Origin: Fibrobacter succinogenes subsp. succinogenes S85
GTDB taxonomy: Bacteria > Fibrobacterota > Fibrobacteria > Fibrobacterales > Fibrobacteraceae
DNA: 32,000 nucleotides
Direction: 5' to 3'
Assembly (NCBI RefSeq): GCF_000146505.1
Contig: NC_017448.1
Location: forward strand, 2,940,001-2,972,000
The notes beneath the pieces were generated by a model, which saw only the letters and a list, made by a program, of their open reading frames with translations, ran no database searches and was not told where the DNA came from. The stretch's first letter is position 1; the number at the start of each line of letters is the position of its first letter. Positions 15,015-22,422 of this stretch are shown one piece after another. Made by a program: the position numbers and the translations under genes.

Positions 15015-15119
15015 AGAAGTTTCTACGTAAACATTTCAAGTAACTATGGTTATTGCGTCGTATTGTTTTTAAATGAATGTATAAATGTTCGTCGAGAGAA
15101 TAAAGCGTCGGCCAAGGAT

Positions 15120-15139
15120 GGGGAGGGTGCAGGGAGGGG
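15120..15139 (+). other. Canonical G-quadruplex-capable motif inside a ~70% GC island
   Basis: GGGGaGGGtgcaGGGaGGGG: four G3+ runs with 1-4 nt loops. It is embedded in GC-rich 15100-15185, which is flanked by AT-rich DNA. Confidence 0.6.
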
Positions 15140-15272
15140 CCCGTGCGGCCTTCGCAACTCTGAGCTGGGGCCCCGCCCGCATGAAGTTCATTTTAAATTA
15201 AAAAGGCTTTGGGCGTAAGCCCATATCCCTTTTCACACCAGTAAATATTCCAATGTGGTATTAGGACTTTGG

Positions 15273-15300
15273 CGATTCTGCCTCGCTAGAATCGTGTTTC
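15273..15300 (+). terminator. Terminator-like hairpin or operator palindrome about 45 nt upstream of the aldo-keto reductase start
   Basis: cgattct-gcctcgct-agaatcg (7-bp stem) followed by tgtttctattt. Confidence 0.3.
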
Positions 15301-15338
15301 TATTTATATTAATTTGGTGCAAGTAGCGAGGTTTGATT

Positions 15339-16172
15339 ATGGTACTCGACGAATTTTACAAGTTGAATAATGGGCAGCGAATCCCGAAAATTGCTTTGGG
15401 TACATGGCAAACCCCAAATGACGTGGCGGCAACCGCTGTTGCGACCGCTATTGATGCGGGCTATCGCCATATTGATACCGCAATCGCTTACGAAAATGAG
15501 GCGGGAGTCGGTGCTGGGCTCAAGGCGGCGCTAAAATCGACTGGAATTCACCGTGAAAGCATTTTTATCACGACGAAAATCCCTGCCGAAGTCAAGAATT
15601 ATGCTGATACGGTACGCTGTATCCAGGAATCGATGGATCGCTTGGATGCATGCCATATCGACATGATGCTCATTCATGCTCCGCGTCCGTGGGCCGAAAT
15701 GGGCGTCCCTAACGGAAACCATTATTACCGTGAAAATGTGGATGTCTGGAATGCGCTAGAAGAAGCTTACGAAGCGGGTAAAATCCGTGCGATTGGCGTC
15801 TCGAACTTTGAAATTGACGACTTGAACAATTTGCTGGCGGGTGGACGCGTGGTGCCGGCGGCGAATCAGGTTCGCGTTCACATTGGGCATGTGCCGACGG
15901 ATTTGATTGACTTCTGCGAACAGGCGGGAATCTTGGTGGAAGCGTATTCGCCCAATGCGACGGGTCGCCTCTTGAAAGTGCCGGAAGTCTGTGCAATGGC
16001 GGAAAAGTACCACGTTTCGGTGCCGCAACTTGCAAGTCGCTTTGTGTTGCAACTTGGGCTTTTGCCGCTTCCGAAATCCGTGCATGAAGAACGCATCCGT
16101 CAGAACGCTAAGCTTGATTTCGAAATCAATTCGAACGATATGGCCGCTTTGCTAGAACTTGACGGATTGTAA
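15339..16172 (+). CDS. Aldo-keto reductase (DkgA/YtbE-like)
   Basis: AKR motifs: LGTWQ, GYRHIDTAIAYENE, HIDMMLIHAP, KIRAIGVSNF, PAANQVRVH. I prefer the ATG at 15339 (GCGAGG SD 7 nt upstream) over the TTG at 15333 used by the ORF track. Confidence 0.9.
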   Translation: MVLDEFYKLNNGQRIPKIALGTWQTPNDVAATAVATAIDAGYRHIDTAIAYENEAGVGAGLKAALKSTGIHRESIFITTKIPAEVKNYADTVRCIQESMDRLDACHIDMMLIHAPRPWAEMGVPNGNHYYRENVDVWNALEEAYEAGKIRAIGVSNFEIDDLNNLLAGGRVVPAANQVRVHIGHVPTDLIDFCEQAGILVEAYSPNATGRLLKVPEVCAMAEKYHVSVPQLASRFVLQLGLLPLPKSVHEERIRQNAKLDFEINSNDMAALLELDGL

Positions 16173-16221
16173 TGCAACGCGTCGTTCTGAGGCTTGCCGA
16201 TCCAGTTAAATCTTGAAACGC

Positions 16222-16256
16222 AAAAGTCCCGCTCCATTGGAGCGGGACCTTTTGTT
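16222..16256. terminator. Bidirectional intrinsic terminator between the convergent AKR and fibro-slime genes
   Basis: GTCCCGCTCC-att-GGAGCGGGAC (10-bp stem) flanked by caaaa upstream and cttttgttt downstream. Confidence 0.65.
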
Positions 16257-16297
16257 TCTGCATGAACGTCGCCCCTGGCGGGGCGCCTCCTTTCTCT

Positions 16298-18502
16298 CTA
16301 CCTAACGTTCACGCGTTTAGTATTGTTCCCAACTTTCACAATGTACGAACCTGCGGTCGGGACTTTCACGCGGGTGTCAATGCTGTTCAGCTTGCCTACA
16401 GAGAGCACCTGACCGTTCATATCCATAACTGCAAAGCGCTTTGCGAGGCTCGGCTTTTCTGTGGTAATCGTGATTTCCTGTGCGCCAGATTTCATCACGC
16501 TGAATGCGCTTGTGCTGCTTAGTGCAACTCTGCGTTCGGCGATGGATGCTTCGGATTTGGCTACGAATGAAATTGCAGCCTGCTCATCGCCAATCTTGAT
16601 AATGAGGTAATACATACCTGGTGCGAGGCTTTCTGTCAATCGCTTTTCGTTGACAATGGGACGTGTTGGGTTGCTGACGTTGAATATACTGTCGAGTTGG
16701 ATTGGGTTTGCGGCAAATTCTTCTTCGCTAATGAGTGTCTTAGTGGGATCATTGCCGGTTGCATCCGTGGTGAACAAGAATGAAATTTTAGGCTTTGTGG
16801 GGAAGTCTGCGGTATCGCATACCGTAACTTGGGGTACGCAAGAGCCGTTATGGTTTTCTGTGTAGCAAACTTTGTATTCGTTATTTCCGGTCCTGCGCCA
16901 TTCTTCCATATTTTGTTTGCTTTCCAAAGAAATTCCAGCATTTTGATCCATGTACAGCATATTTGTACTGATTCGGAGGTCACTAGACGGTGCGCGACGA
17001 TTGCAAGTGAAAATGTCAATGTCGTAGATGCTGTCTTGCTTTGCGTTTGGCAAGAACTTGTCTACATCAACATAGCCCGGTGCAGAAAGGTGGTTGCCAC
17101 CAATATCGACTGCTAACTTGTTATCAATGAATACCCAGATATCGTCGTTACCGCTGATGCTGAACCTTGCACCCTTCTTGTATTTGAACTGGGCGTGTGT
17201 TTCGGAACAGAAGTGGTGGTTACGTCCGCCGTTTCCGTTGCCCCCGACGTTAGATGTCCAACGCGAAACGCCATTAATGCCTATACCGCCTGGGGTTTCT
17301 GTACCTTCTGTGTAAATTGGCCAATTGGTGGGGGCCTGCTCAGGGCAGCTCCAGCCGAATACGCAATCGATCGTGGAATTGATGCTCTTGATGAAAGTCT
17401 CGGTTTCGGCGGCATCGGCGAACATTCCGTTGCAGTCGTGGCCCTTGTCCCAGCCTGGGCCGTTACAGATTGTATTGATTAATGGAATTTGTTCGGTCGG
17501 ATCCAGTGCGCGAAGCTTGGTGCCGTAGAATATAGGACCTTCGGCGTTACGCTTGGTGCGTGCTGCCGGGAGCGGTTTTTGGCTTGCGTTCGCATGTTTG
17601 ATAACGTCGTCAGTCGAGGCTTCTACAGGGAAAAACCCTCCCGTTACAGCAGTTTTGAGCCCAGGAACAACGAATTCATCCGAGTTGAAATCCCAACCTT
17701 TGAGTGTGCGAGTGAATGGAATGTCGAAACAGGACGTTTCATTCACGCCTTCGGTGTAATTGAACAACTGGTTGAAATACTTTTCGTCGATAAAGCATTT
17801 TTTGCCTGCTGCAGAAAGCTTTGGCTTCTTTGTTGTTTTGTCCAAAGTGTCTTCTACAAGGCCTGTCGTGACGCCTATGCAGTCGTAGATGGCTTTGATT
17901 GCGGTCGCTGCATCTACGCCTTGTGCTGCAGTTCCTGACACGGCTTGACAGCCTTCACCGCCTGCGGCGTAGCAGGAGAATGCGGGGTGTAAACTGGCAT
18001 CTGTATCGTAAATCATTGTGGCGATGCCGAATGTGCAATTGCCGTGGATATTAGGCATTTCTGTGTACCAACCGTATAATTCTGCTGGGAGTGAGGCGGC
18101 TTGTCTTTCGTCAGCGACAAAGTAAAGTTTGTTCTGAAAAACGGGTTCTGATGAGTAAAGCTGAAAAAGACCATCTAAATCTATGGGCTCGGCGGCTTCA
18201 CCGTTTAAGTATCCGGCTTCGCCATTGATGCCGATTCCGTATTTTAAATCGTCGTCACCTTCCATTTTTATAATAGCATTGTGTGGAAGATTTTCGTCAA
18301 CGTAACGTCTAGTGAACCAGCCACAATGATCTAAATCTGGAGTTAATTCGTGTGCTTTGCCGTCTTCGTAGATTAATGGGGTGGATGTTTTCCACATGGT
18401 ATTGTCGGGCAAGAATACGTGCAACTCGCGGACTGTTTCAGCCCATGTGCTTGACGCTCCCAACGCTATAAAAGATGCGGTTATGGCTTTAGTCAGTTTC
18501 AT
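16298..18502 (-). CDS. Fibro-slime domain (PA14-like) secreted protein with C-terminal sorting-type domain
   Basis: I place the start at ATG 18502 (residue 96 of the ORF track). It has a perfect AAGGAGG SD 6 nt upstream and begins a signal peptide, MKLTKAITASFIALGASSTWA. HHFCSETHAQFKYKKGARFSISGNDDIWVFIDNKLAVDIGGNHLSAPGYVDVDKF matches the fibro-slime (TIGR02148-type) signature as I remember it. C-terminus ..AGSYIVKVGNNTKRVNVR. Confidence 0.85.
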   Translation of the reverse strand: MKLTKAITASFIALGASSTWAETVRELHVFLPDNTMWKTSTPLIYEDGKAHELTPDLDHCGWFTRRYVDENLPHNAIIKMEGDDDLKYGIGINGEAGYLNGEAAEPIDLDGLFQLYSSEPVFQNKLYFVADERQAASLPAELYGWYTEMPNIHGNCTFGIATMIYDTDASLHPAFSCYAAGGEGCQAVSGTAAQGVDAATAIKAIYDCIGVTTGLVEDTLDKTTKKPKLSAAGKKCFIDEKYFNQLFNYTEGVNETSCFDIPFTRTLKGWDFNSDEFVVPGLKTAVTGGFFPVEASTDDVIKHANASQKPLPAARTKRNAEGPIFYGTKLRALDPTEQIPLINTICNGPGWDKGHDCNGMFADAAETETFIKSINSTIDCVFGWSCPEQAPTNWPIYTEGTETPGGIGINGVSRWTSNVGGNGNGGRNHHFCSETHAQFKYKKGARFSISGNDDIWVFIDNKLAVDIGGNHLSAPGYVDVDKFLPNAKQDSIYDIDIFTCNRRAPSSDLRISTNMLYMDQNAGISLESKQNMEEWRRTGNNEYKVCYTENHNGSCVPQVTVCDTADFPTKPKISFLFTTDATGNDPTKTLISEEEFAANPIQLDSIFNVSNPTRPIVNEKRLTESLAPGMYYLIIKIGDEQAAISFVAKSEASIAERRVALSSTSAFSVMKSGAQEITITTEKPSLAKRFAVMDMNGQVLSVGKLNSIDTRVKVPTAGSYIVKVGNNTKRVNVR

Positions 18503-18638
18503 TTGTTTCCTCCTTATTACAACTTGGTATATTTTAAAATATAAAATAAAGTTTTCAAAAGATGAAATTTGTGACAAAATTCTTTCTTTTTTAAGTTGTA
18601 GGAAATTTTGACGTATCATTGGTGTATTATATAAAGTA

Positions 18639-18659
18639 TATGCAACGCAATGTTGCATT
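18639..18659. promoter_or_regulatory. Perfect palindrome upstream of the fibro-slime gene (possible operator)
   Basis: tatgcaac-gcaat-gttgcata (8-bp arms), about 140 nt upstream of ATG 18502 and just downstream of the aldolase terminator. Confidence 0.3.
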
Positions 18660-18667
18660 AAGACGAA

Positions 18668-18698
18668 AAAATCCCGTTCGTTTGAACAGGATTTCTTA
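18668..18698 (-). terminator. Intrinsic terminator of the aldolase-like gene
   Basis: Minus-strand RNA: AAUCCUGUUC-aaac-GAACGGGAUU (10 bp including one G-U pair) followed by U6. On the plus strand the same position is a C-A mismatch. Confidence 0.55.
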
Positions 18699-18700
18699 CT

Positions 18701-18786
18701 CGTGTCACCCCGGACTTGTTCTCTTTGACCACTTAGAGCTTTAGCTCTTACGTGGTCATGATCCGCGTATGGGGACGGGGTCGCCA
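18701..18786. repeat. Composite REP-like palindromic repeat
   Basis: tgtcaccccggacttgttc matches the reverse complement of 161-195. Internal hairpin gaccac-ttagagc-ttt-agctctta-cgtggtc. A second gtcatg..ggggacgggg module follows. The spurious N-terminal extension of ORF 16298..18787 is read through this element. Confidence 0.65.
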
Positions 18787-18798
18787 ATGTATTTTACT

Positions 18799-19740
18799 TT
18801 AGTCGTTAATCATGTGTTCGTAGAATTTACGATACATGTCCTTTTCTTCGGTCTTGCGGACGGCAATAGCGTCTTGCGGATGACGGTTGAGCATACCCGT
18901 GATCATCTGCGGGATGATGTAACCCCATTCGTACTTGCTCTGCAACGGCAAGAAGAGTTCCTGAATGGCGTCGAGAACCGGGCGGAGGTCGTACTTCGGA
19001 TTCTTGAGGAAGCCGAGGAGGAGTTCCGTGGTGCAGTTGCCTGCGCCGCGGCCCATGCCGGACACGGAGCCGTCGAGGTAGTCGACGTGGTTGATGATGG
19101 CCTGGATCGTGTTGGAGAAGGCGAGCTGCTGGTTGTTGTGACCGTGGAAGCCGAACTTCTTGTTCTTCACGATGCCTTTGTAGCGGGCAAGTTCCTTATC
19201 GATGTCTTCCTGGTAGAAGGCGCCGAAGCTGTCGACGAGGTAAAGCACGTCGGCCTTGCATTCTTCGTTGACCTGGTGGAGGGCTTCGTCAAGTTCCGGA
19301 CCGCGGTCGCGGCTCACGGCCATGATGTTGAGCGTCGTTTCATAGCCCATGTCGTGGAAGGCGTTCACCATGCTGATGCCCTTGTCGATGTTCTTGACGT
19401 AGCTTGCCACGCGGAACATCTGGTACGGGCTTTCGGAAGCGGGCTTCACGGCATCCATGTTGACGCGGCCCACGTCAGCCATCACGGCCATCTTCATCTT
19501 GGAATCGATGCCGTCCTTGACTTTCCAGAGGAGATCGTCATCGCAGAACTTCCACGGACCGTATTCCTTCGGGTCGAAGAGTTCTGGGGAGTTCTTGTAA
19601 CCCATTTCCATGTAGTCTACGCCGGCTGCGGTGAGAAGGGTGTACAATCTACGCACGAATTCAAGAGAAAAATCGTGCTTGTTGACGAGACCGCCATCGC
19701 GGATCGTGCAGTCGAGAACTTTAATGGTTTCGTAGTACAT
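18799..19740 (-). CDS. HMGL-like / DRE-TIM metallolyase family aldolase-type protein (pyruvate carboxyltransferase domain)
   Basis: 313 aa. N-terminal KVLDCTIRDGG, later LVDSFG and FGFHGHNNQQLA (His-x-His metal site), GMGRGAGN. The substrate cannot be assigned. Confidence 0.85.
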   Translation of the reverse strand: MYYETIKVLDCTIRDGGLVNKHDFSLEFVRRLYTLLTAAGVDYMEMGYKNSPELFDPKEYGPWKFCDDDLLWKVKDGIDSKMKMAVMADVGRVNMDAVKPASESPYQMFRVASYVKNIDKGISMVNAFHDMGYETTLNIMAVSRDRGPELDEALHQVNEECKADVLYLVDSFGAFYQEDIDKELARYKGIVKNKKFGFHGHNNQQLAFSNTIQAIINHVDYLDGSVSGMGRGAGNCTTELLLGFLKNPKYDLRPVLDAIQELFLPLQSKYEWGYIIPQMITGMLNRHPQDAIAVRKTEEKDMYRKFYEHMIND

Positions 19741-19778
19741 GGTTGTGTCTTCTGTTTTTGATTGTTGAAGTCTGAGAC

Positions 19779-19814
19779 GTCATTCTGAGCGATGAAATCG
19801 CGAAGAATCCAGTC
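19779..19814 (+). repeat. Intergenic repeat gtcattctgagcg..cgaagaatccagtc
   Basis: gtcattctgagcgatgaaatcgcgaagaatccagtc. Related to 16181-16206 (gtcgttctgaggcttgccgatccagt) and, inverted, to 20135-20161. Confidence 0.6.
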
Positions 19815-20134
19815 ATTTTTATTTACATCGCAAAGATAGGTTCTGAAATTTCAACGGTCAATAAAAATTTTATGGTTACTGAAAAATAATTGTTATTTAA
19901 CGTAAAATCTGCGTTGAAATAACAAATTGAGGCTTTTTACGTTGATTTTTATGGGTGTGTCCGTAACAAAAACATTCCATTTGGGAATCAATTGCTATAA
20001 AACCCCTATAATAAATTGCGGTTTTAGGTGGTTGTGAAAGATCTCTCGGTTGGGCTAAATGTGATTTGTTTTATAATCTACGCGAAAATTGCGTTTAATA
20101 GTATTCGCGAAAAATAATGGTTCCCCTCCCTGAC

Positions 20135-20161
20135 GGTCGAGGATGACTGCTTCAGAATGAC
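20135..20161 (-). repeat. Inverted copy of the gtcattctga module
   Basis: The reverse complement reads gtcattctgaagcagtcatcctcgacc. Together with 19779-19814 it brackets an AT-rich stretch of about 320 bp. Confidence 0.55.
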
Positions 20162-20208
20162 CAAAACGGTATACTCAATCTTTACTTTTTCTTGAACCAT
20201 CGTGAATT

Positions 20209-20214
20209 TATATT
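20209..20214 (+). promoter_or_regulatory. Candidate -10 hexamer TATATT 6 nt upstream of the GH9 ATG (leaderless geometry)
   Basis: tatatt-tagcgc-ATG with no SD. No convincing -35 at 16-18 nt. Confidence 0.25.
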
Positions 20215-20220
20215 TAGCGC

Positions 20221-22383
20221 ATGCGTATCTATAAGCTTTCCCCGATTTTTTCGGCCGCTGTTCTTTTGAGCGCGGGCGTTGCCTCTGCCGAAACCAAGTT
20301 TTTCTACAATCAGGTTGGTTACGATGTCGACCAGCCGATTTCCGTGATTGTCCAAAGCGAAAATCTTGCGGACGGAGCTGAATTTAGCGTGATGTCGGGT
20401 GGGACTGCGGTCAAGACGGGTAAGCTCTCGACGGGTTCGAATCCGGATAACTGGCTGAATAGTGGCAAGTTTTATGTGGCGGACTTGACGGGCCTTAAGG
20501 CGGGCAAGTATACGCTCCAGGTTTCCGAGAATGGTCAACCGCAGAAATCGGGCGAATTTACGGTGGGCGAAAACGCTTTGGCTGCAAATACGCTTGCGTC
20601 AGTGCTCAATTACTTCTATGATGATCGTGCAGATGACCCTACTGTTGAAGGCTGGGATAAGCAGATGCCGGTGTACAAGTCCGACAAAAAGCTTGATGTG
20701 CATGGCGGTTGGTATGATGCGAGCGGCGATGTCAGTAAGTATTTGAGTCACCTTTCTTATGCGAATTATCTGAACCCGCAGCAGATTCCTTTGACGGTCT
20801 GGTCGCTTGCTTTTGCTTCGGAACGCATCCCGAAGTTGCTTGGTTCGACATCGACAAAGGCGAAAACGGCTGATGAAGCGGCTTACGGTGCCGATTTTTT
20901 GGTCCGCATGCTCGATGAACAGGGCTTTTTCTATATGACCGTGTTTGATAACTGGGGTAGCCCCATGGGTAAACGTGAAATTTGTGCTTTCAGCGGTTCC
21001 GATGGCATCAAGAGTACCGATTACCAAACGGCCTTCCGTGAAGGCGGTGGCATGGCGATTGCAGCTCTCGCTAGTGCTGCAAGGCTAAAGCTGAAGGGTG
21101 ACTTTACGAGCGAACAGTATTTGGCTGCTGCGGAAAAGGCTTATAAGCATTTGTCCGAAAAACAGAGTGTTGGCGGCGACTGCGCTTACTGCGATGACCA
21201 TAAAGAAAATATCATTGATGATTATACGGCGCTTTTGGCGGCGACGGAACTTTATGCCGCTACAAAAAAACAGGAGTATCTGGAAGATGCTTATGACCGT
21301 GCCGAACATTTATCTTCTCGTGTAAGTAAAGATGGCTATTTCTGGAGCGATGATGCAAAGACTCGTCCGTTCTGGCATGCTAGCGATGCGGGGCTTCCGT
21401 TGGTTGCCCTTGCTCGTTATAGTGAGGTTGTTGGCGCTATTGACGAAGATGCCGGCATAAAAGTTCATGGTCGGCCATTCCCTTATTGGGGTTGCGTTAC
21501 TATGATTGGTGGTGGTTGCGTGAACGAATCTATCGATAATGTTCGTAATGCCATTAGGTCTCATTTTGACTGGCTTGTTAAAATTACGAATAAGGTTGAT
21601 AACCCGTTTGGTTATGCCCGCCAGACTTACAAGACTCAGGACAAAATAAAGGATGGATTCTTTATCCCGCACGATAACGAAAGTAATTATTGGTGGCAGG
21701 GTGAAGATGCTCGCCTTGCAAGTCTTTCTGCGGCGATAATGTACGCAAATCGCATTATTGACGGCGAATATAGGAATGTTACCACGAGTGATGTGCAAAA
21801 ATATGCTACGGATCAGCTTGACTGGATTTTGGGCAAGAATCCCTATGCGACTTGCATGATGTATGGCAAGGGAACGAAGAACCCGCAAAAGTATGATGGC
21901 CAGTCAAAATATGACGCAACGCTTGAAGGCGGTATTGCAAACGGCATTAGCGGCAAGAATCAGGATGGCTCGGGTATTGCCTGGACGGATGACGGTGTCG
22001 CTGCTGTGGGTTTTGATTCTGAAAAGGAATCTTGGCAGGTGTGGCGCTGGGATGAACAGTGGCTGCCGCACAGCACATGGTACTTGATGGCGCTTGTGGA
22101 ACGCTATGATGAATTGACTAAGCCTGTGGAATTCTCTGTTGGACTTTCGAAGTCTACGGTTGCTGCAAAGGCGAGTGTTTCTCTTGTTGGCAAGATGCTC
22201 TCGCTGAATTTGCCGCGTTCTGTCGTAGGCAAGTCCGTCAAGGTTCTTGATGTGCGCGGCAATGTGCTGATGCAAAAGACGGTGCAGGGTGTGAGCGAGA
22301 CGATGGATGTGAGTACGCTTAATCGCGGACTTTACCTCGTGCAAATCCAAGGCTTCGCTGCCAAGAAGTTTGTTGTGAAGTAA
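20221..22383 (+). CDS. Glycoside hydrolase family 9 endoglucanase with N-terminal Ig-like (CelD_N-type) domain and C-terminal sorting-type domain
   Basis: 720 aa. Signal peptide ..LLSAGVASAE. Ig-like N-domain (KFFYNQVGYDVDQP..KYTLQV). GH9 hallmark DVHGGWYDASGDVSKY. Later LEGGIANGISG and WRWDEQWLPHSTWYLMAL. C-terminus ..RGLYLVQIQGFAAKKFVVK. Confidence 0.8.
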   Translation: MRIYKLSPIFSAAVLLSAGVASAETKFFYNQVGYDVDQPISVIVQSENLADGAEFSVMSGGTAVKTGKLSTGSNPDNWLNSGKFYVADLTGLKAGKYTLQVSENGQPQKSGEFTVGENALAANTLASVLNYFYDDRADDPTVEGWDKQMPVYKSDKKLDVHGGWYDASGDVSKYLSHLSYANYLNPQQIPLTVWSLAFASERIPKLLGSTSTKAKTADEAAYGADFLVRMLDEQGFFYMTVFDNWGSPMGKREICAFSGSDGIKSTDYQTAFREGGGMAIAALASAARLKLKGDFTSEQYLAAAEKAYKHLSEKQSVGGDCAYCDDHKENIIDDYTALLAATELYAATKKQEYLEDAYDRAEHLSSRVSKDGYFWSDDAKTRPFWHASDAGLPLVALARYSEVVGAIDEDAGIKVHGRPFPYWGCVTMIGGGCVNESIDNVRNAIRSHFDWLVKITNKVDNPFGYARQTYKTQDKIKDGFFIPHDNESNYWWQGEDARLASLSAAIMYANRIIDGEYRNVTTSDVQKYATDQLDWILGKNPYATCMMYGKGTKNPQKYDGQSKYDATLEGGIANGISGKNQDGSGIAWTDDGVAAVGFDSEKESWQVWRWDEQWLPHSTWYLMALVERYDELTKPVEFSVGLSKSTVAAKASVSLVGKMLSLNLPRSVVGKSVKVLDVRGNVLMQKTVQGVSETMDVSTLNRGLYLVQIQGFAAKKFVVK

Positions 22384-22394
22384 TTCAAACTGTC

Positions 22395-22422
22395 ATGCCG
22401 GCCACAGTCCGGCATCTCTTTT
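22395..22422 (+). terminator. Intrinsic terminator of the GH9 gene (built from a REP-like unit)
   Basis: atgccgg-ccacagt-ccggcat followed by ctctttttt. It is preceded by the tgtcatgcc seed of the repeat family. The T-tract abuts the stop codon of the convergent gene. Confidence 0.6.

Noticed and set aside
18503-18787. 95-aa N-terminal extension of the fibro-slime ORF in the ORF track
   Set aside because: The extension crosses a terminator, a palindrome and a repeat element. The internal ATG at 18502 has a perfect AAGGAGG SD and starts a signal peptide.
18769-19761. 330-aa plus-strand ORF opposite the aldolase-like gene
   Set aside because: No motifs and a Val/Glu/His-rich shadow composition. 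The minus strand carries the HMGL-like signatures.
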